A stretch of 64,000 bases of DNA from a virus. A program made the position numbers and the translations under genes. Of the stretch, positions 1 to 10,600 are shown piece by piece (position 1 is the first letter of the stretch; each line of letters starts with the position of its first letter). The stretch is taken from positions 8,884 to 72,883 of IMG/VR virus record IMGVR_UViG_3300046804_005798, one strand, 5' to 3'. Below the pieces are notes generated by a model. That model had not been told where the DNA came from, searched no databases, and was given only the letters and a program-made list of their open reading frames with translations.

Positions 1-640
1 CTACAAGTCTTGTACCTTCGGCAGAATATTCGAAGATATCAATGTGTCCACCTTCTGCTAGGACGTAATGCAAAACGGGTTTGACTTGTTTGATTTTAAT
101 CTTAAACTTATTTTTTGTTGCTTCTTTGATGATTGGTTCTGCTGCATTTTTAACTACATTCAAAACTGTTGTAGATACCATCGTAGCAGCAGTGGTTACT
201 ACTGCGACAGCACCAGCCGTAGCAACAAGAGAAGGGTCAGGTAAATTAATATCGATTCCATTTATAGTAAAGGTTGGGGTAGTTGATTTATCTGCTGGGA
301 TCTCTGCTATTGGTATTGGAGTTTGAGATGGGGGGGTTTGAGTAATCTGAGGCAGTTGAGGGGGAGGGGTAGTATCTGGCAATCCTCTTTCCTTTGGTTT
401 TTCTTCCTGTTGTTGTTTTTCGCGTTCTGCTTTTACTGCAGCATCAAACTCTGCTTGAGTTGGAACATTAATAACTGGATATTTAATCGTAGTATTTGGA
501 GCATCTATAATAGGTACTTCTAATCCGCGAACCACTGGTGCTTCTGTTGATCTAACAACTGGGGGATTTATTGTTGGAATGATACTAGGACCAGTAATTC
601 TTATGTCAGTGCTTTGTATCTCAATTGGGTTTATTTCCAT
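1..640 (-). CDS. Conserved cyanophage Pro-rich/membrane protein, truncated by the window edge
   Basis: Open minus-strand frame from ATG at 640 (MEINPIEIQSTDIRITGPSIIPT...) to position 1. Not in the ORF track because no stop lies in the window. Confidence 0.75.
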   Translation of the reverse strand, partial: MEINPIEIQSTDIRITGPSIIPTINPPVVRSTEAPVVRGLEVPIIDAPNTTIKYPVINVPTQAEFDAAVKAEREKQQQEEKPKERGLPDTTPPPQLPQITQTPPSQTPIPIAEIPADKSTTPTFTINGIDINLPDPSLVATAGAVAVVTTAATMVSTTVLNVVKNAAEPIIKEATKNKFKIKIKQVKPVLHYVLAEGGHIDIFEYSAEGTRLV

Positions 641-668
641 ACGTTTTAGTATTCTAATTAATACTTAT

Positions 669-676
669 TATAAATA
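669..676 (+). promoter_or_regulatory. T4-type late promoter TATAAATA
   Basis: Exact TATAAATA 27 nt before the endonuclease ATG. Confidence 0.7.
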
Positions 677-702
677 ATACTGATAATATATTTAAGATAA
701 TT

Positions 703-1368
703 ATGAAATATTATACTTATGCATATTTGTGTGAAGATGGAACACCTTATTATATTGGCAAAGGGAAAGAAAATAGAATATACAAAAAACATATTGTTCC
801 AATTCCCACAGAGGATAGAATTTTATTTTTGAAGAAAAATATTTCTGAAGAAGATGCAATTAAACACGAAGTTTATATGATTTCAATATTTGGTAGAAAA
901 AATAATGGAACTGGAATTTTGAGAAATCTTACTGATGGTGGCGAAGGAAGTTCTGGAAGAAAATTATCAAAAGAAACTATTGAAAGAATGAGTATTGCTG
1001 CTAAAAATCGCAAGATAAGTGATGAAGGACGAAAAAAATTAAGTGAAAGAAGTAAAAGAATGGGAAAATGGAAAGGTGAAGATAATCCAGGATCAAAAAT
1101 GAAGGGATTAAAAAGAGATAAACCTTTCACTGAAGAACATAAGAAAAAAATTTCATTATCAAATACTGGAAAAAAACATAATAGAGACATTAAACCATTG
1201 ACAAATTGCAGAAAAATAAAAGTTTATTTTGTTGATGGTTCTATTATTGAATGTTGGGGTATTAGAGAATTTGAAAGGCAATACGGATATTTACCAAAAC
1301 CAGATAATAGAACTGGAAAATTTTATGGTAAAGCAAAAAATATATTAAAAGTAGAAACTATTTTGTAA
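703..1368 (+). mobile_element. Free-standing GIY-YIG homing endonuclease with NUMOD3-like repeats
   Basis: YTYAY...YYIGKG...R, E and NLTDGGEG motifs; basic SKETIERMS/TEEHKKKIS repeats; inserted antisense within a minus-strand operon. Confidence 0.85.
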
Positions 1369-1954
1369 TTTTAGAAATAACTTTGCCATCACCAGTCATT
1401 AAATATCCATTTGGTGATGGTCCAACTATATCAGCACATACTTTTCCATAAGGACTTTTTGGATGAAAGAATCCACCAGATTTAATTACTTCTAAGCACT
1501 TCAAAATTCTTACAATCTCAAAATCTAAACGACTTTTTTCATATTCACTTTGCTGCCTAGCAATTTCGGTTGCCGCTCTTTTCTTACATAATTCCATTAA
1601 ATTTCCATCTAATGGAATATTGAGACCAGCAGAGACTCCCCAGTTGCCATTTCTCGAAGCAAAACTTTCTGGATCATCACTATTATTGCCACTGTGCATT
1701 AAAAATGGTGATATTGAAAATGTTGCTCCTTGGCAACTAACTCCACCACCATATGTATTAACTGCATAAGGACCTTGCAATACTTGAACCGCTTGATTGG
1801 TTACATTGCCCGTAGCAGATGCTGAAGGTCCTGCAATGTTTGTATTACTTGGTGCTGGAGTACTTTGTGCGAATGCGGTTCCAGTTGAAATTATTGTGTA
1901 AAGACAGAGATTGATGTAGTGGTTGATTGTGTTTCTGTAGTGCGGTCTATCCAT
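1358..1954 (-). CDS. Conserved cyanophage secreted protein
   Basis: Signal-peptide-like segment ending TAFA, paired Cys; overlaps the upstream gene. Confidence 0.7.
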   Translation of the reverse strand: MDRPHYRNTINHYINLCLYTIISTGTAFAQSTPAPSNTNIAGPSASATGNVTNQAVQVLQGPYAVNTYGGGVSCQGATFSISPFLMHSGNNSDDPESFASRNGNWGVSAGLNIPLDGNLMELCKKRAATEIARQQSEYEKSRLDFEIVRILKCLEVIKSGGFFHPKSPYGKVCADIVGPSPNGYLMTGDGKVISKITK

Positions 1955-2250
1955 GTTTCTTTAGCCACTCCAGGGCCGAGATAGGTTTCACTGAACTGGA
2001 ATGGGGCACCTTGGGTCATGATACTATAATTTGCTCCCTGTTGGGGAGCACCAGGAATGTTAATATTAGTTCCAGATACAGTATAAGATGTGCCAGTTGT
2101 ATATTCAACTTGGCGAATAGTTTCTATTATTTTTGTAGTAGATTCTGTAGTCGCATTGATTGTGCCCCTAGTAAAATTAGGCACAACACTTTCTGCTAGG
2201 GCAGGACAAGAAAACCCTAGCAGGAACAAACCTGCTAGGATATGTCTCAT
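1891..2250 (-). CDS. Secreted beta-rich hypothetical protein
   Basis: MRHILAGLFLLGFSCPALA signal peptide; Thr-rich; ends SVFTQ. Confidence 0.75.
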   Translation of the reverse strand: MRHILAGLFLLGFSCPALAESVVPNFTRGTINATTESTTKIIETIRQVEYTTGTSYTVSGTNINIPGAPQQGANYSIMTQGAPFQFSETYLGPGVAKETWIDRTTETQSTTTSISVFTQ

Positions 2251-2708
2251 TTGAATACGCTCAACTCAATGCTACGTTGTGCAGTTGCTGTAGTTCCTGC
2301 TCCACCAGCAGTAACAGTAGGAACACCAGTGGGTGATAATGTTCCTGCAAGAGTACCTTTTTCTCCACCAACTTGAGTTACACTATCTCCATAGAGATTT
2401 GGAGAACCAATAACACCATTAGTAACTGTTTGATTTGTTACAGGGGTATCAGCAGCATTGAAACTTTCTGAGAAAGTAAATGCTTGTCCTGGAGTATTGA
2501 TATCATAGGTTCCAGCACCACCTACACCACCAAAGGATGTGGATTGGATATTGGTTCCTGATGCTGAATAAGAAGCACCAATTCGTGTTGATTGAACTGC
2601 GGCACCATCAACTTTCAATTGTACGGAGTCAGTAATTCTTGATGTGATTTCAGCAGCATTAACTGGGATTGCGAAGAATAACGAAAAGGCCAATAGAAGT
2701 CTTTTCAT
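2247..2708 (-). CDS. Secreted beta-rich hypothetical protein
   Basis: MKRLLLAFSLFFAIPVNA signal peptide; ATGA overlap with the next gene; ends SVFK. Confidence 0.75.
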   Translation of the reverse strand: MKRLLLAFSLFFAIPVNAAEITSRITDSVQLKVDGAAVQSTRIGASYSASGTNIQSTSFGGVGGAGTYDINTPGQAFTFSESFNAADTPVTNQTVTNGVIGSPNLYGDSVTQVGGEKGTLAGTLSPTGVPTVTAGGAGTTATAQRSIELSVFK

Positions 2709-2795
2709 TTTTCTTATTTTGTTGTAAACACTATGAGTATTTAGTGTTTATGGTACATTCAATTTGAATAAATAATTGAAAGTATAATAAGAAAA

Positions 2796-3131
2796 ATGTC
2801 AGTTGCTGAAATTAGTAATTTGGTGATTTACAAGGGTACTGATTTTTCTGCAACATTTAATCTGTTTAATCCCGATAGTTCTGCTGCTATTCTTTCTGGA
2901 TTGACTACTTCTTATGCTAAAATTCGTAAACATCCTACATCAACAAATTATCAAGAATTTTCTAAAACAATTGCATCTTCTACTGGCACCATTACTCTTA
3001 GTTTGACATCAACTCAAACTGAACAGTTAAGTGAAGGTAGAAATTATTTTGATGTTATATTGACATTATACGAACAAAAAACTTCAGTTCTTAAAGGAAC
3101 TGCAATGGTCTACGAGAGTGCATCTGTATGA
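2796..3131 (+). CDS. Virion structural protein (BppU-N/Ig-like adaptor)
   Basis: IYKGTDF...GTITLSLT..QT..L..GRNYFDV pattern typical of tail-fibre-adjacent proteins; AATAAATA upstream. Confidence 0.6.
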   Translation: MSVAEISNLVIYKGTDFSATFNLFNPDSSAAILSGLTTSYAKIRKHPTSTNYQEFSKTIASSTGTITLSLTSTQTEQLSEGRNYFDVILTLYEQKTSVLKGTAMVYESASV

Positions 3132-3469
3132 CTTATAAAGTTTCTCTTTCTTCCGGAAATAATTACTCTGTAAAAATACCTCAATCCCAAAAATATAAAA
3201 TAAATTATCAACCCATAACACAACTCATGCCACAATCATTAAGCGAACTAACGGATGTTGAATTGAGTGGTAATAATTACGATAAGTATGTTTTATTATA
3301 TGATTCCATTTCTGGAAAATGGAAGGATGTGAATCCAGATGAGGTGTTGTCCGCAGCAACTACAACTCTTGATGCAAATAGAACAACATACACTCTTCCA
3401 ACTGATTTTGAAGATAAGTTGGCTATAGACCTTGATAATAAAATTGATGTTGATGGTGGATTCTTTTAG
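3128..3469 (+). CDS. Virion structural/tail-fibre accessory protein
   Basis: LSELTDV...VLLYD...KW and C-terminal DGGFF motifs; translationally coupled to the previous gene. Confidence 0.6.
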   Translation: MTYKVSLSSGNNYSVKIPQSQKYKINYQPITQLMPQSLSELTDVELSGNNYDKYVLLYDSISGKWKDVNPDEVLSAATTTLDANRTTYTLPTDFEDKLAIDLDNKIDVDGGFF

Positions 3470-3544
3470 TCTGCATATTTGATAAATAGTAAAAAACTCT
3501 TATATAAGAGTTTCTAGGGTATATACCACTAATGCGAGGATTGA

Positions 3545-6500
3545 ATGGCAGATCCTACTATTAAAATTAAACGGTCCGGAGTTGCGGGAAAAATTCCGAC
3601 CGTAGATAATTTGCAACTCGGTGAATTAGCTGTTAATACTTTTGATGGAAAATTATATATTGAGAAAGATCAAAGTAGTGTGGGAATAGCAACTACAATT
3701 ATTGTAGTTAATCCTTGGTCTGTAGGAACAGGAACGAACACCTATAATACTTATTTTAATTCCGGTTTTGTTGGAATTGGAACCACAAATCCATCATCAA
3801 AATTATCCGTAGTTGGTGATGGATTATTTACTGGAGTTGTAACAGCATCATCATTCAGTGGTAATGCTTTAAGTGCTACTTATGCAGACGTAGCTGGAGT
3901 ATCTACAAGTGTTATAGGTGGTATAGGTTCCATTACACAACTTAATGTTTCTGGTGTTTCAACATTAGGTATTACTAGTGCCACTAATTTAACAACCCAA
4001 AACATTAATAACTCTGGTGTTACAACTACCAACTCTCTGAACATTGGTGCAACACAGGTCATTAGTTCTGCAAGACAACTTCAGAACATTGTTTCACTTG
4101 ATGATACTACTACAGCAACAATTGAATCTGCAATTCAAAATGCAACTAATAATTTTACAAACCTTCAAGTAACAGGCATCTCAACTCTTGGAGTCACTAG
4201 TGCTACAAACTTAACAGCACAACAACTTAATGTTAGTGGTTTATCAACTTTTGCAGGTATTACCACTCATACGGAATCACTCTTTGGAACTCAAGCATCC
4301 TTTACTGGCATAGTAACAGCATCATCATTCAGTGGTAATGCATCAAGTGCTACTTATGCTACCATAGCAGGAGTATCTACAGATGTTATAGGGGGTATTG
4401 CATCAGTTACTTCATTAAGTGTAAGTGGTATAAGCACTTTAGATGGTGCTTCTACAACTAATTTAACAGCACAACAATTAAACGTTTCTGGCATAACAAC
4501 AGTCGGATTTATTACTGCAACAAACCTATATGTTGCTGGTGTTGGAACTTTCTTGTCTTCTGGATTAAATATAAGAAACCCAGAAAATACTTTTGGTTAT
4601 ACAATTGCTGGTAATGCAATTACTGCTGATAGAATTCTTACATTACCAGTCGTCACATCAAACACTGGTATTGCAGTAACCGGATTAAATCAATCATTTA
4701 CTGGAACTCAAACATTTTCTTCGTTAACCGCAACTAGCACTCTTACTGTTTCTGGTACTCTTTCTGTTACTAGTGCAAACATTACTCATACTGGAACTAC
4801 TGAAAACTTTACTGCTGCATCATATACTACAGGTACAGTCACAATAGGTGGTCCATTACAAACTGGTACAATTACTGTAGGACAAGCAACAACATCACAA
4901 ACACTTAACCTTGCTACTGGTGTTTCTCTTGCATCTACAACCAAGACAATCAACTTTGGTACTGGTGGTGCTTCTGGTTCCTTTACTCAAATCAACATTG
5001 GACCAACTGCTGGTGTCGGTACTGTTATTATTAACTCTGGAACTAGACTTGGTATTGGTTCTGCAATTCCAAGAGCGGCACTTGATGTAGTTGGTGATGG
5101 AAGAGTTTCTGGTGTAGTCACAGCAATCACTTTTATTGGTGCTCTTACAGGAACTGCAACAACAGCCTCAAGTGTTGTAGTAGATTCTGTAGGACTTGGA
5201 ACTCATACTTACGGTGATTATGTCAGAGATATTACAGGAACATCCAACCAAATCACAGTTACTTCTGGAACTGGTGAAGGTTCAACACCAACTTTAAGTC
5301 TTCCAAATAATCTAGTTCTTCCTCAAGATGTGACGGTTACAAGAGATCTTCAAGTCAATCGTAACTTAAATGTAACTGGAAATATTACTCTTGGTGGTAC
5401 AACTGCATTTATTAATGTTCAAGAATTGGTAGTTAGTGATCCTGATCTTGTTCTTGGATATAGAACAGATGCATTTGGTAATGATATTTCAAATGATAAT
5501 ACTGCAAATCATGGTGGTATTGCAGTTGCATCTACTGAAGGAACTCCATTAGTTAGTTTGTTTATTGCTGGTATTGAAACTACACCTGCTACATATAAGA
5601 AAATTATGTGGTTTAAGTCTGGTACTTTTGCTGGACTTGGAACTGATGCTTGGTTAACTAATTATGCTGTTGGTATTGGTTCTACTCAATTCCCAACAGG
5701 AACAAGACTTGCTGCTGGTTCAGTTCAATTTACTGAAAATGATTTAGCAGTTGTAAGAAACATTAATGCTTCTGGTATTGGTACAATTCCAACTCTATCA
5801 GGTACTACAGCAACTTATAACACTGGTAACTTTACTACTGGTAATATTGTAACTGGTGTTGTCACTAACATCTCTGGTACTAATCTTAATTATACTGGTG
5901 TTGGTACTATAACGACTCTTAATAGTACAACAGGAAATATAACAACTCTTAATAGTACTACTGCTAATATTGTTACTGGTGTTGTTACAGATATTTCAGG
6001 TACTAATCTTAATTATACTGGTGTTGGTACTATAACGACTCTTAATAGTACTGATGCTAATTTAACAAACATTAATTCAACTGGCATCAGTACTCTTGGA
6101 GTTACAAGTGCAACTAATTTAACTGCACAACAACTCAATGTTTCTGGTGTCTCAACACTTGGAGTTACCACATTCACAGGTGCCGTAAGTTTTGGAACTT
6201 CTGCTTACTTTGGCGATAATAGTAGGTTGTATTTAGGTGATAGTAATGATCTGCAAATTTATCATAATGGAAATGATAGCGTAATTTCAGATTCTGGATT
6301 TGGGCAACTTTACATAGGAACTAATGGAAGTAGAGTAGAGATAAGCAAAGGTTATGGAACTGAATCAATGGCTAGGTTCCTCACAGACGGTGCAGTAGAA
6401 CTCTATTACGATAACTCTAAAGAATTTGAAACCACTGGATACGGTGCTACTGTCTTTGGAGTTCTTCAATCACAAGGACTTCAAGTTAATTCTGGTGTCT

Positions 6501-7612
6501 CAACAGTTGGTTTCTTAACGGCAACCAATATCTGGAATGCTGGCATCACAACCTCTTCAAGACTTACCCTGAACGGAGCAAATGACACCACAGATGGTGG
6601 AGGACAGATATATCTTAATGGAGCAACGGGAAACCGTATTGACTTTAATAATAATGGTGTTGCTGCTCCTACAATTACAACAAGAAGTGCTGGAACCAAG
6701 ATAGTTTTATATCCAAATGTAGGTGGTTCTACTGTTGATTATGCACTTGGTATTGATAATGGCACTTTATGGTATACCATTCCATCTGCACAAAATACCA
6801 GACAACACCGTTGGTATGCAGGAACCACACAACTCGCAGACCTCAAAGGTAGTGGTGAATTAGTTATTGGTTCTACGAGTCTCACAGGAACTGCAACTCA
6901 AAGACTTCAAGTTGCTGGTGGTGCTTATATTAGTAGTTCTGTTGGTATAGGAACCACAAATCCAGAGAAACTTTTACATTTATCAACTTTTGTTGCAACT
7001 CCACTCATTATACAAAGAACAACAGTCAATAATAGTGCAGCAGAATATAGAAATACTACTGCTTCTATGTGGGCAGGTTTATTAAGTAATGCAACTGGAT
7101 GGGGTGTTGGAGCAACAGCAGATTTAGGTGCTGATGCTCAAATTGTAGTTACAAGAACAGGTGGAGAATTACTAGTAGGAAGTGTATCCGCAACAGGAAC
7201 AGCATCACAAAGACTACAAGTTACTGGTGGTGCTTATGTAAGTGGTAATCTTGGTGTTGGAATTACAATTCCAACATCATCTTTACATGTTGTCGGTAAT
7301 GCTTATATTACCGGAGTTACAACTTCTACTGACTTTGATTCACTTTCTGATATAAATTTCAAAACAAATATCAATCAAATTACAAACCCACTTGAAAAGG
7401 TAATGCAGATTCGTGGCGTTACCTTTAATTGGAAGGATGGCAATCGTAATTCTGCTGGTGTTATCGCACAAGAAATTGAAAAAGTCTTACCAGAACTGGT
7501 TCATGGTGAAGAAACCAAGACAGTAAACTATAATGGGTTGATTGGTTTGTTGATTGAATGTGTGAAAAAACAACAAGAAGAGATTAATGAGCTAAAGAGA
7601 AAAGTCAACTAA
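3545..7612 (+). CDS. Tail fibre with C-terminal peptidase S74-type intramolecular chaperone
   Basis: N-terminal IKIKRS...GELAVN..DGKLY; many VGIGTT repeats; C-terminal SDINFKTNI...GVIAQEIEKVLPELV...coiled coil. Confidence 0.85.
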   Translation: MADPTIKIKRSGVAGKIPTVDNLQLGELAVNTFDGKLYIEKDQSSVGIATTIIVVNPWSVGTGTNTYNTYFNSGFVGIGTTNPSSKLSVVGDGLFTGVVTASSFSGNALSATYADVAGVSTSVIGGIGSITQLNVSGVSTLGITSATNLTTQNINNSGVTTTNSLNIGATQVISSARQLQNIVSLDDTTTATIESAIQNATNNFTNLQVTGISTLGVTSATNLTAQQLNVSGLSTFAGITTHTESLFGTQASFTGIVTASSFSGNASSATYATIAGVSTDVIGGIASVTSLSVSGISTLDGASTTNLTAQQLNVSGITTVGFITATNLYVAGVGTFLSSGLNIRNPENTFGYTIAGNAITADRILTLPVVTSNTGIAVTGLNQSFTGTQTFSSLTATSTLTVSGTLSVTSANITHTGTTENFTAASYTTGTVTIGGPLQTGTITVGQATTSQTLNLATGVSLASTTKTINFGTGGASGSFTQINIGPTAGVGTVIINSGTRLGIGSAIPRAALDVVGDGRVSGVVTAITFIGALTGTATTASSVVVDSVGLGTHTYGDYVRDITGTSNQITVTSGTGEGSTPTLSLPNNLVLPQDVTVTRDLQVNRNLNVTGNITLGGTTAFINVQELVVSDPDLVLGYRTDAFGNDISNDNTANHGGIAVASTEGTPLVSLFIAGIETTPATYKKIMWFKSGTFAGLGTDAWLTNYAVGIGSTQFPTGTRLAAGSVQFTENDLAVVRNINASGIGTIPTLSGTTATYNTGNFTTGNIVTGVVTNISGTNLNYTGVGTITTLNSTTGNITTLNSTTANIVTGVVTDISGTNLNYTGVGTITTLNSTDANLTNINSTGISTLGVTSATNLTAQQLNVSGVSTLGVTTFTGAVSFGTSAYFGDNSRLYLGDSNDLQIYHNGNDSVISDSGFGQLYIGTNGSRVEISKGYGTESMARFLTDGAVELYYDNSKEFETTGYGATVFGVLQSQGLQVNSGVSTVGFLTATNIWNAGITTSSRLTLNGANDTTDGGGQIYLNGATGNRIDFNNNGVAAPTITTRSAGTKIVLYPNVGGSTVDYALGIDNGTLWYTIPSAQNTRQHRWYAGTTQLADLKGSGELVIGSTSLTGTATQRLQVAGGAYISSSVGIGTTNPEKLLHLSTFVATPLIIQRTTVNNSAAEYRNTTASMWAGLLSNATGWGVGATADLGADAQIVVTRTGGELLVGSVSATGTASQRLQVTGGAYVSGNLGVGITIPTSSLHVVGNAYITGVTTSTDFDSLSDINFKTNINQITNPLEKVMQIRGVTFNWKDGNRNSAGVIAQEIEKVLPELVHGEETKTVNYNGLIGLLIECVKKQQEEINELKRKVN

Positions 7613-7650
7613 ATAATACAAAATACCCAGTGGAAACACGAAGACGGTAA

Positions 7651-10600
7651 ATGGCAATAAAAATCATAGGTTCTACTATCATCGATGATAGTAGAAATAT
7701 AGTTAACGCTGGTATTGCAACTGTAACTTCCGTAAGCATCGGTAATACGCAAGTTGTCAGTTCTGCAAGACAACTTCAGAATATTATCTCTCTGGATGCA
7801 ACAACAACTGCAACGATTGAATCTGCAATTGCTAATGCTCCTAATACCTTTACTGATTTAAGTGTTTCGGGTGTTAGCACTCTTGGTGTTACAAGTGCTA
7901 CAAACTTAACAGCACAACAACTGAATGTTTCTGGTGTTTCTACTTTAGGAACTGTTCAAATATTATCCGGTATCGTTACAGCAACTTCTGGTGTTGTGAC
8001 TTATTATGGTGATGGTTCTAAACTTACTGATATTCAAGTATCATCAACTTCTGGAATTGCCACTTATGCATCAACTGCTGGTATAGCAACTTATTCATCA
8101 ACTTCTGGAATTGCCACTTATGCATCAACTGCTGGTATAGCAACTTATTCATCAACTTCTGGAATTGCTACTTATGCAAATGATGCCGGTGTAGCATCTT
8201 ATGCAATTTATGCGGCATCTGCAGGAATTGCTACTTATGCTAATAATGCAGGTATAGCAACTTACGCATCAACTGCTGGTATAGCAACTTATGCATCAAC
8301 AGCAGGAGTATCCACTGCACTTCAAAACTCAAGAACTTTTGAAATCACTGGTGACGTTGTTGCATCACAAATCAGTTTTGATGGAACCGGTAATGTATCA
8401 CTTGCAGCCACCATTCAACCAAATTCTGTTGCTCTTGGAACTGATACTACGGGCGATTATGTAACTAACATTACAGGAACATCCAACCAAATCACAGTTA
8501 CTTCTGGAACTGGTGAAGGTTCAACACCAACTTTAAGTATTCCGAATCAGTTTACTGCACCACAAGATGTAACAGTTACCAGAGACTTGCAAGTTGATCG
8601 TAATTTAAATGTAAATGGTAATATCACGATTGGTGGAACATCTGCTACAATTTTCTCATCGACACTAAACATTTATGATCCAGATATTGTTTTAGGTGTA
8701 AGAACTGATGGAAGTGGTAATGATGCTTCAACGGATAACACAGCAAATCATGGTGGTATTGCGATTGCATCAACTGAAGGAACCCCACTAGTTTCACTTT
8801 ATGATGTTGGTGTTGGGGAAACTAATCCATCCACATATAAAAAGTTTATGTGGTTTAAATCGGGTACTTTCTCTGGACTTGGAACAGATGCTTGGATTAG
8901 TAATTATGCTATTGGTATTGGTTCAACACAAGTTCCAAATGGAGTAAGACTTGCTGCTGGTGGAATGCAAGTTACTGATACAACAGTAAGTACTCCGCAG
9001 TTAAGTGTTTCGGGTGTTTCTACATTCACTGGAACCGTAAGTTTTGGAACTTCTGCTTACTTTGGTGATAATAATAGAGCATATTTTGGTGATAGTAATG
9101 ATTTAGAGATTTATCATAGTGGAACTAATAGTTTTATTTTAGATAATGGAACTGGAAATCTTGTTTTAGGAACAAATGGAGACAGAGTTTCCATAGTAAA
9201 AGGAACTGGAACAGAAACTCTTGCAAGATTTAATATAGATGATTCTGTAGAACTTTGGTTTAATAATGTAAAAGAATTTGAAACCACTGGATACGGTGCA
9301 ACAGTCTTTGGAACTTTACAGACACAAGGACTTCAAGTTAATTCTGGTGTCTCAACAGTCGGTTTCTTAACGGCAACTAATATTTGGAATTCTGGTATAA
9401 CCACATCATCATCATTCGTAAAATCTGGAGGAACTTCAAATGAGTTCCTCAAAGCAGATGGATCTGTTGATTCATCTACTTATTTAACTTCTTATACTGA
9501 AACTGATACTTTAGATTCTATCACTACAAGAGGCAATACTACAACTAATGGTATTTCTGTAGGAATCTTAACAGCAACTTCTGGTAACTTTAGTGGTATT
9601 ATAACTTCTTCTGGTGCTAATGTTTCTGGAATAACTACAATATCAGTCAATAGTCCCACTGATGCAGCATTAAGAATTACTCAACTTGGATCTGGAAATG
9701 CTCTTGTAGTTGAAGATGAAACAAATCCAGATTCAACTCCATTTGTTATTGATGCCTCTGGTTCTGTTGGTATTGGAACCACAAATCCAGGATCAAAACT
9801 TACTGTTAATGGTGCAGTACAAATACAACAAGATTCTGGTTCTAATAATAGACTTGTTTTTAGAGGACAACCTGGATCTTCTTATCGTTGGAATATTGAT
9901 AACTATTCATCCTCCAATGAATTTAGAATTTTTAGAGAAGATGATGCTACTGCGGCAAATGGATTTTCTCCCTTTAGTATTAGCACTACCGGTACTTTAA
10001 CTGCTAATAAATTTTCTGGTGATGGTTCTTTACTTACAGGTATTACAGCATCAGGTAGTGGTGTTGCAATACAAAATCAAGGTTCTAACGTTGGAACTGC
10101 TACCACTATAAATTTCAGTACAAATCTAACAGCATCATTTTCTTCTGGTACTGCAACTATATCTCTTTCTAATAATCCTTCAATCAGTGGCATACTTACA
10201 GCAGACCAAGTTTATACATCAAATAATGGTAACGGACAAAATATAAGAATAGGTGATGATTTTTGGTTGGGTGATGTTAATGTAGCAAATACTACACGTT
10301 TTTCTGGTGCTCAAGATAGCACCAGAGCGTTTGTTATTTTTGGTAGTTCTGATGATGTTGCATTAGGAAGAACTGGAACAGGTCCTTTATATTATGGAGG
10401 AAATTTTAATGCTGCTGGAATATCTACACTTGGCATTACTTCTACCACTAACTTAACAACGCAACAACTGAATGTTTCTGGTATTGGCACATTCCAATCA
10501 AGCAATCTAAAAATAAGAAACCCAGCAAACACTTTTGAATATTCTATTGTTGGTTCTGCAATTGCTGCAAACAGAAACCTTACATTACCTTTAATTACTA

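Noticed and set aside
81-523. Two plus-strand hydrophobic ORFs
   Set aside because: Shadows of the longer minus-strand gene that starts at 640.
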